Of a stretch of DNA of 64,000 bases, positions 1 to 11,049 are shown piece after piece. The notes under the pieces were generated by a model that did no database searches, was not told where the DNA came from, and worked only from the letters and a program-made list of their open reading frames with translations. The stretch is taken from contig NC_083409.1 of NCBI RefSeq assembly GCF_020745735.1, positions 16,044,789 to 16,108,788 of the forward strand. Direction: 5' to 3'. A program made the position numbers and the translations under genes. The stretch is from Hemiscyllium ocellatum. Lineage: Eukaryota. Each line of letters starts with the position of its first letter. Within the stretch, counting starts at the first letter, position 1.

Positions 1-1660
1 AAACCCCATTTTAACAGTTTACAGGTTTACCGGTGTCCATTTGCTGCTGGTCTTGCCCCTCTGGGGTAGCTGCGTGCATCCCCGTGGTGGCACAAACTGT
101 TGGACCTTCCCAGGGCTGAGGTGGCTGTCCAGCTCCGCGCTGGGGCCATTACCCCACACTGTTGTCTTCGTGTCGGGCCCATGGTCCGCACTGACCAGTT
201 CTCCGTCTGACAGCGGGCTGTCATAGGACCGCTGCTCCCAGTTACCTGGAGCTGTGGGCCGGTGGGTACCTCCTGGTTCTCACCGGTCGGGGAGGCTTTT
301 ACCCTTACCCTCGGAGGGATCGTCCTTTCCTTCTTGGGCGGTGCTGCCCTCCTTTCTCCCCACGGCTCTGTCTCTTCCTCTAATGACGACCCTTCTTGCG
401 CCCGTCCTCACCATCGGAAGAGCTGCATGCGTCTTCGACTTGTAGGTGTCGCTTCCCCCTTCGCTGGGTGGCTTTGGGGCCCCGAGAGGTTTTCTCTTCC
501 TGTTTTTGACTGTGATCCAATCCTCTGCCTCCTTTGATTCCTCCTCTTCCATTTCCTCCATCTGCCTTGAAGGAGCTTGGATCGGCTGCTGCACCTCCCC
601 GCTGTCTGCCGTCTACTCCGCTAACGCCTGCCCTTCCTTCTGGGTGCCTCCAGGCACCGTTTCCGTGCTATTTTCTGTGCCTTGCTGGTCTTTGTCAGTC
701 CACGGCTCGTATTCGTGTTGCCACCTCCGACCATCTGTGCGTAGTTGGCGGCTCCTCGTCTTGGGCAGGCCTTGTACATGTGGCCCGCCTCTCCGCACAG
801 GTTACAGTTCTTGGCCTCCTTACAATCCTTGGTCGGGTGGCCTTCCTGTTTGCAGTTTTGGCATACGGTCACCTTACAGTCGGCCGCCATGTGGCCTGAC
901 CTCCCACAGGTTCGGCACACCTTCGGCTGCCCTGCGTACGTCAGGTAACCTCTGTTTCCTCCGATGGCGAAGCTGGAGGGTGAGTGGAGGATGTTCCCGC
1001 TGGCATCGACCCTCAGGGTTACCTTGACCTGTCTTTTGCTGGCCCAGATCCCAAAAGGATCAACCACATCAATGCTCTCTCCTTCGACGTGGATATATCT
1101 TTTCAAGAAGTGAGAACATCTGCCGCTGGGACATAGGGTTGTACATTTGGATTGTAACAACCCAACTCCTCTGCACAGAAAGAACATACACAACAGGACT
1201 GCCAACAGGTGGAGAACAGAGGTCCCCCTTCCTTCTCTTTGAAGACCTTCAGGAACTGCTCACAATGCTTCACACTACCTGAAGGTCACATCAAAGTAGC
1301 CAGCCCAGGGAAATCCTCAAGCAGTACACACTACTCAAACAAAACAGCAACACTTCCTTCACAAATACTGTCCGATCGACCATTGTGTGCTCCTCCACCT
1401 TCTTCACAGTCACCCTGACTGTGTTTCGAACCTCCTGTCCAGGGCTGTGTGTGGCTGCTGAGGCCATGGCTCCAAGGTTGGCTGGTCCCTGAATTGGCGT
1501 TAGGCCGAAGCCAGCATGAAGATCCACCAAGAGCAGGTCAGCACAACCAAACAATCCTCCAATGTCCAATCACGATCACGATCCAGCGATGATCTCTCCA
1601 CTAGCTCTGATGACTCGCAACTCGACCCTTGTCCTGATAAGAACAGACATGGGAAAGGCC
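1..1660 (-). mobile_element. Degenerate Tx1/L1-type non-LTR retrotransposon 5' part: frameshifted ORF1 (ZCCHC3-like, three CCHC knuckles); ORF2 probably starts at position 9 and runs off the window
   Basis: ORF 621..1205(-) encodes CRTCGRSGHMAADC / CQNCKQEGHPTKDC / CNLCGEAGHMYKAC. The N-terminal piece (ATG at 1467, ORF 1291..1569) and the acidic/basic tail (280..594) are in other frames. Minus strand ends ...aaaATGGGGTTT at 9..1. Confidence 0.75.
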
Positions 1661-3568
1661 AATGGGACTTTGGAATGAATATTGAGAGTGAGGAGATGAA
1701 GGGGAGAGTGGCCAGGACAGCTGTACTGAAGAATGGTTAGGTCACATCTGGAATATGGTGGATAGTTATGGCCTTCATTGAGGGGCAATGCAGAATGGAC
1801 AGGGGATAGGGGATCTAGGTTACAAGGAAATGCCAGAACAGGATCTCGAGGGGGGGAGGGAGGGAATTCTGATAACAAAACTTCATTATGAAATTGACAC
1901 AGTAAATTTAAATTTACTGTCAATACTGACAGACAGAAAGGCAAAATGACACATTCTCTGGTCATACACCAAGTACAGGAAGGAGATCAGGAAAAATATT
2001 TTGATGCAGAGATTGGAATTTAGTGAGTGCTGGTAAACTGGGTCCTCCATTCAAAATGGGACAGAATTACTTCTTGGAATTTGAACAGGTCTGAAGCAAA
2101 AGAGCAAATTAGGATCAAATAGTCATTTGAGAATATTGAACTGGCCTGAAAAATGCCCAGTGTTTGGCAGCTTTTCATTTTGCCCTCATCAGGATAATTG
2201 TAAAAGTACCAATCAAAGGAGAAAAACATGACATTGATATTGCATATGAGGAAAGTGCTGACAGGCTGAGGTGTTGTCACTATGAACACGCCAGTTTAAA
2301 TATTGTTTCCCTTTGCTGTGACATTTCTTGTAAATTGTCCTGATGTATGCAAGACAAAAAGCTTCAACAAAATGTTTTGTTTTTCGCAACATTCAAATGA
2401 GGATCAGTTTGGAGAGAAAGAATGAAGATGGAAATGTATTAAGTTAACAATGAAAATTGATCTAAATTCAGCAGAGACCAGGATAGTTTCATCTTGAACT
2501 TAATACAGGAATTACCAGGTGAAGTTTAATCACTGGACTGAGTTAACCACCTTCCATCAGTTTGATTGTTTGAATTGTCCATCAGTTATGTTGATTACTC
2601 CTGGAATGGGGAGAGCATTGACGTGTCTGCTATTTATTGTCCTTCCCTAACTATCCTGGAGAGGGCGATGGTTAGTCATGAGCTTCTTGAAGAGGATCTG
2701 ACAGAGTGACAAGATCATAAGACATAGGAGTGGAAGTAAGGCCATTCAGCCCATCGAGTCCACTCCGCTGGGCCTGAGTACAACTGTCCCTCAGGAGAAT
2801 GAGCTGTGGCACAAGGGAAAACCTGAGAGTGGTGAAAAGGCTGCGCAGTGGCTGAACCAGGTTTGACGAATGAACTGATGTCCTTCTGAGCTTTTGCAGA
2901 CTCAGGCTTTCAGGGCCGCACAGCTTACACTGTTACTGACCATAGCTCCATGATTGATGAGACCTGCCCCAGGAAAACATCCACAGAAAGCTGCCTCCTG
3001 TGTGTCTGATGTGTCTGTGTCTCTCAGACGTGACTGAGCAGGCAGCAAGAGATCCCCCCCCGCCCACCCCCCACACTTTCACCGATCAACTTACAAACTC
3101 CTTCCGGGGAAAGCGTTCAGCACCGGCCATCGCCTGCTTCAATGTGTCCTACACCCCACCTCAAGACAACAGTCCCCACTGCTCCCTGCCCCTAACATCT
3201 GCTCTCCATCTCTCTCCTGAAGGCACTATCTCTGGCTGGGAAACATCTCGAGCCTCCCCAGGTGGTCTCATTCCTCCAAGTGTGGGCTGGGATGGAGAAG
3301 CAAGGCAGGCCATTGGACCGGGAGGTGTCAGCCTGGTCTCAGTGGGGAGCACTCTCCCCTCCCACTCACAATGTAGCAGACTGGGTGGATGGGGCATTGG
3401 GAAATGCAGGGTTGCACGGATAGTGCAGTGGTTTGGATCTGGGTGGGATGCTCTTCGGAGGATTGGTGTGAACTCATTGGGGTGAATGGCCTGCTTCAAC
3501 ATTGTACAAATTCCATCATTACATGATTCTATCACTGAAGCAAAATTATCCAGGCTGAGAGTGCAGTG

Positions 3569-3875
3569 CAGTACTGAGGGAGTGCAGCACTGTCAGAGGG
3601 TCAGTACTGAGGGAATGCAGCACTGTCAGAAAGTCAGCACTGAGGGAGTGCAACACTATTGGAGGGTCAGTACTGATGGAGTGTTGCACTAATGATGGGT
3701 CAGCACTGAGGGAGTGCAGTACTGTCAGAGGGTGAGTACTGAGGGAATGCCACACTGTCAGAAAGTCAATACCGTGGGAGTGCCACACTATCAGATAGTT
3801 CATGCTGAGGGAGTGCTGCACTGCTGGTTTGTCAATATTGAGGGAGTGCAACACTGTCAGAGGTTCAGTGCTCAG
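3569..3875 (+). repeat. 33-bp minisatellite, ~9 degenerate copies (CAGTACTGAGGGAGTGCAGCACTGTCAGAGGGT)
   Basis: Repeat visible directly. It explains the 11-aa periodic ORFs 3486..3692 and 3714..3986 (VSTEGVQHCQR). Confidence 0.9.
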
Positions 3876-3970
3876 AGATTATCTTTCAGATGGGATGTTC
3901 TGATGTCTGCCCTCTCAGGGGACAGTAGAAGATGCCATGACACTATGAGAAGAGCAGAGCAGATCCCCAT
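3876..3970 (+). mobile_element. Deu-domain SINE (SacSINE1-like) fragment
   Basis: tctttcagatgggatgt...gtctgccctctcaggggacagtagaagatgccatgacactat..agaagagcag resembles the Deu-SINE core as recalled. Not database-checked. Confidence 0.55.
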
Positions 3971-4597
3971 AAAATATACCTTTTAAAAAATGCTTGGATG
4001 AACGCCTGAAATATCCGAACATTCAATACCTTGGGCCCAGTTCTGGAAAGTGGATGGAGAGTAGATTTAGTTTTGCCTTGGTGGGACAGACATGATCAGA
4101 TGAGGGACCTCTTCTACACTGTATGATTCTCTGATTCTGTGAAACCTCTGGCTGATGACCATGTACTGTCCTCCCTCGGCTGATGAGTCAGTCTCTCCTC
4201 CATGTTGAACAGCACTTAGTGGAAGCTCTGAGGGTAGTGAGGGCACAGAATGTACTCTGGGTGGGGGGACTTCAATCCACAATCAAAAAGGAATTTAAAA
4301 AGCATCGGGTTTGTTAGGTATTCGATACAAATATTCAAACTGATATTTCTGCCAGTCCAACGCTCACTTCTCCTGTGCCCTCACCCACGTGACCCTCCCC
4401 CCTCCCCTCAGCAAGAGCATCAGGAGATCAGAATGTGTGTAGAGTGTGTGAGACAGTCCACAGAGGAGACACAACTTTAAATAGAACAGGGCTGAGCTGG
4501 CAGGACAAAGGTCATTGTCAGCACTGAATTTCAACTCTCTTCCTTCTTGAGACTGGCCTCTGGGAGACTCTGAGGTTCAGGGGTTAAGGCAGGTTCC

Positions 4598-4812
4598 TGT
4601 GACACTGTAGAGAGAGCTTCACTCTGTACCCAACCAGTGCTGTCCCTGTCCTGGAGTGTTTGACGAGGACAGTATGGAGACAGCTTTATTCTGTTTCTTA
4701 TCCTGTCCTTTGTCCTGGGTGTCTTTGGTGGGAACAGTATGGAAAGAGCTTTACTCTGTATCTAACCCTATTCTGTCCCTGTCCAGGAGACTGTTTGTTG
4801 GGGACAGTGTTG
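4598..4812 (+). repeat. ~65-bp degenerate tandem repeat (gagagcttcactctgta...ctgtccctgtcctgg.agtgtttga..ggacagt), ~3 copies
   Basis: Recurring agctt.actctgt / gtcct..gagt.tttg / ggacagt blocks. One more unit lies inverted at ~16325-16400. Confidence 0.7.
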
Positions 4813-4949
4813 AGTTGTAATAACAAGCATAACCTTTCAAAGATATTGAAAACTTTACTGACAGTGGGGTCTTTACACAGTTGGTCATTTTGAACGTGTT
4901 CTGGTCCATATCGGGGCTGGGAAGGCTTAGGACCAGGAAAAGATCTACT

Positions 4950-5300
4950 TCACGTTTAAAGACCAACAATATTGATGGAGCTGTCTGTGCCAAGGACTCC
5001 CCAATAGTCCCTCCATCTTCCAGCAGAGCATGGCACAGGGCTGTGAGAGTTCAGGTCAGCTCCCCCAAACAGTTTGGACAGTGTGTGGCTGACTTGGCTG
5101 TTTGTGGGAACTGAGGAAGAGGATGTGTCCCTTTGGGATGACAGAACTCCCAGGTGTTGCTCGGCAGGATCCCGATGTTGATCCCTTCCCTGGAACAGCA
5201 GGTGAAAAGCTGCTGCATTGCTCGGGCTCCTTGATGCCACACACCATCAAAGAGGCCTTGATGTCAAGTACTGTCACTCTGCCCTCACCTCACTCTCATG
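4950..5300 (-). mobile_element. LINE reverse-transcriptase fragment (same family as 32440-34200)
   Basis: Minus strand encodes TVLDIKAS..VWHQGA, a decayed LDIKAAFDRVWH-type RT motif. Confidence 0.6.
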
Positions 5301-5819
5301 GTCAGGGAGGACTCAGTCCACTGACTCACATTTATCTGAATGAATTCCACTTGTTACTGATCAGCCCATCTGACCCTCCCAGCCCGTCTATATCCTCATG
5401 TCATCTTGTACTGCTTCGGGACACCCCAATTCGGGAAGGTCAATAAATGGAAAGCACGAAAACTTTAATTCAGATACTGAAGACAATTACTAGTTTAATA
5501 GAGGAATGGGTATCTTTCATTTGTAAATGGGATCAACATTTCTTTATTGAGTTAAAGTGACTCAGATTAAATACATCTGTAGTGAATGTATAAATCTACA
5601 ACAATTCCCACACAGGGTGTTTGGATTGGAGGCTAGTTGAAAGTATTGGTGACACATCAGGGAGGTGCAGAGATACCTGGAGACTTTGTTCCAGAAAGAT
5701 GCTATAAGCCTCAGGACCAGGCAGTCCAATTCCATGTGTATTAAGGGGCAGGAGGGTATGACTATGAAGATGGCAGGTAAGGATTTGGAGAGCACTGTAG
5801 GACAGGAAAATGTCTCACT

Positions 5820-6480
5820 TTGCTGTAGTTGTGGGTATGCTCACCGAGCTGGGAAGTTGATTTGTAAACATTTTGTCCCCTGTCTCGGTGACATCTTCAG
5901 AGCTTTGGAGCTTCCTGTGAAGTGCTGTTGTGCTGTGTCTTCTGGAATTTATTTGGTTCCATTCCTGCTGTTTCCAGTTATTGGTTCCGGATATTCATTG
6001 CAGTGGTCAGTATACTGGGTCTAGGTCAATCTGTTTATTGATGGAGCCCATGGATAAGTGCCATGCCTCTATAAATTCTCTGGCTGTCCTCTGTTGAGCT
6101 TGTCCTATGATCATAGTGTTGGCCCAATCAAATTTGTGGTCCTTGTCATCTGTGTGTATAGCTACTCGGGACAACTGCTCATGGGGTTTAGTGGCTCGTT
6201 GGTGTTCATGGATATGGATGGCTAGTTGTCTGGCTGTTTGTCCGAGGTGTTTCGTGCAAAACGTTGCATGGATTCTTGTAAATTACATCTGTCTTTCACA
6301 CGGTGGGTATTGGGCCTTTTGTTCTCGTGGGTTGTCTGAGCGTGGCTGTCAGTTTCTGGGCAGTTTATGAGTGGTTGGAGTACTGTGATGTTTTTATATA
6401 AGGTAGCGTGGCTAGTGAGTTAGGTCGTGGCATACCCTCATCGCGTTGTTTGTCTATTAGGCATCTGTGGATGAAGTTGT
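5820..6480 (-). mobile_element. Penelope-like element 3' fragment: GIY-YIG endonuclease C-terminus plus terminal repeat with decayed hammerhead motif
   Basis: Minus strand translates to KHLGQTARQLAIHIHEHQRATKPHEQLSRVAIHTDDKDHKFDWANTMIIGQAQQRTAREFIEAW. Downstream on minus at 5900..5866: CTGAAGA-T-GTC...GAC-AAAA-TGTTT. Confidence 0.75.
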
Positions 6481-8169
6481 GGGAATATCTGTTTTTGGCA
6501 AAGTCTTTGTAGAAATGTTCTTCTCTTTGCAGATTGGGAGTGCTGCAGTGGGTTGTAGCCCTTTAGAACAGGTTCCTAATGCAACTTCTCCTGTGTGTGG
6601 GGAGGGATCAGGCAGAGAGGAAGAGTCAGTGCAGCCATTGTGCAGCATCCACTGTCAAGTTGTCCCATTTCCAATCCCACTGCAATGTCATTGTCTGCCC
6701 TGAGACCAAGCAGATGCTCCCATCACAAGAGGCTCCATGGCCCGGAGGACTGTGAGAGTGAGCCCTGTCCATTCAGCTCGATCATCAAGCTCCAGCCTTC
6801 CTCATATGGTGGCAGCCAGGAGAACCCTGCCCATGGGAGATTCCACACACATCCTCCCTCCCGGCAGGGAAAGATGATTCCATGGCCCTGCTTTCTCTCG
6901 AAAATGATCCAAATTCAAGTGTTGCTGAAAAAAAAGAAACAGTTTGTCAAAGCTTTTGTCTTGCACACAACAAGACAATTTGTAAGAAATAGCGCAGCAA
7001 AACTCTGGAGACCCCAGTGGGTCAGACAGCATCCATGGAGAGAAAGCAAGGCAAAATAAAATGCTTTCATTTGTCTCACTCAAGTACTATATTCTCAAAT
7101 GACTATTTGATCCTGATTTCCTCTTTTCCTTCAGGCCTATTGAAATTCTAAAAAGTATTCCTTTTTTTTTATGAATGGAGCACTCTGTTTATGATTATTC
7201 ATCATTCAATTCCAATAACTGTATCAAAATGTTTTTTCCTGATCTCTTTTCTGTACCTGGTATATGACTGGAGAATATGTCATTTTGCCTTTCAGTTTGT
7301 CTGCACTGATAGTCAATCTACATTTACTGTGTTTATTTGTTTAAGAATTTTTGAACATCAGAATACCCTCCCTCCACTGTTGACATCCTGTCTGGCCTTC
7401 GTAGAATCACAGAATTGAGGAATTCCTACAGAGTGGAAGCAGGCCACACAGCCCAGCAAGCTCATACAGACCCTTTGAAGGCCATCCCACCCAGACGCAC
7501 ACCTCCCCCACCCTATTCCTGTAATCCTGCATTTTCCATGGCATTTTCCATTTGCTAGCCTGCACATCTCTTGTGACCCTAGATCCCCTGTCCATGTCCC
7601 ATTATGTATTGCCCCTCAAAGCAGACCCTAACTGTGCACCATATTCTAGCCATGATCTAACCATTCTTCAGGACAGCATGAGAGAGCAGCTGATTAAAGC
7701 AGATTCCATATCAACATGAACATAGAATACAGCGTGGATGTGAAAAGCGTGTTTCCTTTTCGGGGAGAATATCAAATTAAAACAAGTTCCCTCATAGAAG
7801 ACCGAGATAAGCAGGTTTTTTTTTCTTGCATAAGGTCATAGATCTTTGGAACTCTTCATCAAACATAGAAATGAAACCTCTGAATGCTTGTAGTGAAGAA
7901 GTAGATAGCCATTGCTTTCAAGAATCTATCAGAGTAAGGCAAGAATGTGGAATAATCAGGTCAGCCATGGGGAGCAGGCTCAAGAGGATGAATCTCCTTC
8001 CTCTGCCCCTAACTCATTTGATCGTGTGTCCAGTTCCACCGTTGAAAGAACAGCGCCTTGAAAGCTTGTGGTTTTCAATAAAGCAGCTGAAGTGGCTGCT
8101 GGTTTGTGTGGGCGCGAATGGAAGGGGACTTTACCCATAATCCTCAGCAGCCGTGCAAGCTCTCTCTCG

Positions 8170-8183
8170 CCACTAGAGGGCAG
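8170..8183 (+). promoter_or_regulatory. CTCF-consensus site (forward orientation, facing the Ig cluster)
   Basis: CCACTAGAGGGCAG matches CCASYAGRKGGCRS at all 14 positions. Nearby are E-boxes CAGCTG (8084, 8181) and kB-like GGGGACTTTAC (8124-8134). Confidence 0.6.
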
Positions 8184-10579
8184 CTGCTTCACTGTCCCTG
8201 ATCAGTAAAATGTAAAGTGGGACTCTGCTTGGAGCTGACAGGCTCAATCTGCAGAGACCCATAGAGAGACAGTGCAGCTTTAGAAGTAGGGTACTGAGGG
8301 CACCACAATGAAAATATCCCCTGTGATAAGAAAAGTACTTTGATGTGACTTTTGTTTGTCTTCACAGTGTGCTGTTTTGTTCATTCTGTGAAACACGTAG
8401 ATGATGTCAGTACTGAGTAGCACAAAGTATATTTCCTCCTCTAACCCCTTTCCAAAACACCCTCTCCATCTTGCTTTACTCCTTATTGACTCTTCTACAA
8501 TTGTCCCTGTTCCCTCACTCCGTCCCAGTCCCTGAGAGATTGATGGCCGGAGTTCATGACCCCGCACTGTGTGAAGGTTGGTGTGAAGTGAGGCCAGTGT
8601 GTTGGAGCTTGGGCTCCTGCCTCAGGCCCAGGTGTAGGGGCCTGTTCAACAATCTGCACATTGTCCTTTTTCTCTTTCTGACCGTACTGGAGTTTTCAAG
8701 CTGCAGTAACTTGCTGGCAACAAGGTGTCTTGTCTAAAATGTTCCCAGCACTGGACAGATCTCTGCTGTTGATTTTTTTTCTCTCTCTGGAGTCAGCTCT
8801 GTATTCAGTGCCTGTTATCATTTTGTTAGAGTTCATATGTCAGCTGCTGCTTCCTTGCTATGGACTTGGAAAAAAAATCATCAATGCCTCTTGAGATTTA
8901 AATCATTTAACATTCCAATGATGTGAATGCATCAGTGTTGTTTATAGCAGGGAGCATTTAACATCATGGTTCTAGGTTTTAATGGATCCTCTCTCGTGAT
9001 AATACAGTTTGCAATGTTTCTCTCCCCTTATGTGTTATTCAGATGCTTGCAAACCTGTTATGATGAGGACAGTGCGTCTTCAACACCGTGTGACGGAGTG
9101 GATGGGTGTTTGATTTCTCATCTCATTATCGTCCAGTTTCCAAAGAAAATGCTGTAGTCTTTGAAATGAGATTACCTATAATGTGTTTGGATTTTATTTT
9201 TGCAATGCCAATTTTCATAAACAATATCCTGTTCCATTTTGTAGTTATGTTTGTCAATGAATGTTCACTGAGATACTGAGAGTTTATACAACACGCCATT
9301 TGCCTGTGACCCAGTTGTTGGCTGAAGCCTCTGGTTGTTCGGTGAGTCCAAGCCATTGCCTTGCTCTCTGCAGTTATACCATCAACTTGGTTTCTCAGTG
9401 TGAGCCAGGAGACCACTGTGTGGTGACTTCCTGTTCCACTGTCGGTGTAAAGGCAAGTGGGAACTGTCGTGGTTAATCCCATCATGAACATCAGAACATT
9501 CTGCTCAGCTGGAACTACATCCACTGACTAATTTCTCTGGCCACCATCGCAGTAAAACCAAATCTCTCCCTTTGTCAGCACAAAGAGAAAGTGCCCATCA
9601 GATTCCCTCGTGTGTGATGGTTTAGCCCAATAGGAGCAGCACTGGTAGACCATGCTGCATCAGCCTGGACAGAAACCTGGGCAACCTCCAAATGAAACTG
9701 TGATCTTCAATGGATCTGCTGCTACAGGAAATATGTAATTGGAATCCTTGTTAATGAATCACCTCATCAAACCTAAATACAACTGAGAAAATAGAAACCA
9801 AACCAATTTCCGAAGGTCACAACACAACAAGAAAGTGGGGAACAGACAGATACTGCTCCCTGTCTTTAGAGAGTGTTGCTTTTCCTATCCCCTCTCCCTC
9901 TCTGGGTTAAAATTTTTACCATCCTTTCTGTGTGAGAATATTACTGTTCCTGTCCACACTCTCTTGGGGACAGGTGGGGATGTCACATCCACCCAGTTCG
10001 TTCGTTCCATTTACTCTTCTGAAATGGGGAATCCCTGCTTCACCATGTGTGTGAGCCATGTGTGAAAGTCCAGCACAGCTCACCCTTCATCTCAATCAGA
10101 TCACAGGGTCTAAGGTTGGTCAGTACTGTCTGGACCAGACAAAAGCACTGACTGACTGGAGACAATTCAGATCAAGTCCCAATGAGACTGCTATTGACCT
10201 TCACCCTCAAAGCCCACTGAGGGTGTGGTCATTAGACCCAGTGTTGTCACAAAGTAAGTTCTCCCAGAGATTCATGATCCATTCTAGATTTTACACAAGT
10301 GTGCGATGTTGTTGGATGACAGGTGGGAAGGCTTGGAGACAAAACATAAAAGGAGAGAGAATTATATTTCTATGATGCCGTTTTTGAGCTTGGATGTTGG
10401 AAAATGTTTTACAGCCAATTCAATACTTCCGAAGTCCAGGCATTGTTGTGATGTGGGAATTGTGACAGCCTGGGCAAGGCAGATCATATGGCAGCACCAC
10501 CCAGAGACTGGAGGCTGCTACTGCAGGGAAGGGACAAACCAGTTGTGCTGTGAGGGAAGGACACTGGAGCACACAAGAA

Positions 10580-10950
10580 CATGAGAAATTGAAGCAGGAG
10601 TAGGACTCCAATGACTGTCCATCCTTTCTTAAATACAGGGACCAAAATTGCACACAATACTTCAAATGCAGGCTCACTAACACCCTGTAAAGTTTCAACA
10701 AGATTTCTCTACTTTTAAATTCCAACCCCAGACAATAAAGGTGAAAATTCCATTTGCCTTCTCAATTCCTTGCTGCACCTGCACTAACTTTCAATGTTTC
10801 ATGCACAATACTACCCAGATCACTCTGTACTGCACTTTTTTGGAATCTCTCACTATTTAAATAATAGTCGGCCTTTCGATTATTCCGAACAAAGTGCATG
10901 GTCTCACACTTTCTGATATTAAATTCCGTCCACTGTGTATGAGTGTTTCA
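10580..10950 (-). mobile_element. CR1 LINE ORF2 C-terminal fragment
   Basis: ORF 10420..10725(-) LLKLYRVLVSLHLKYCVQFWSLYLRKD is the typical CR1 LY..LVRPHLEYCVQFWSP motif. Confidence 0.8.
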
Positions 10951-11049
10951 TTTTCAGTTTGGTCACCTCTTTGTGATTGACTGTCTCAATGCATTATCTG
11001 TAGTGTGTCCCATTCCCATTTGTTGATGGCCCTGACACTTGATTGTCCA

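Noticed and set aside
3569-3875. Repeated CACTGTC resembling RSS heptamers, and 11-aa periodic ORFs
   Set aside because: Not the consensus heptamer and no nonamers. The ORFs are a by-product of the 33-bp period.
9126-9524. ORF containing DSGTGSHHTVVSWLTL, vaguely like an Ig strand, with a CACAGTG at 9420-9414
   Set aside because: No correctly spaced Cys/Trp, no nonamer at 12 or 23 nt, and no splice context.
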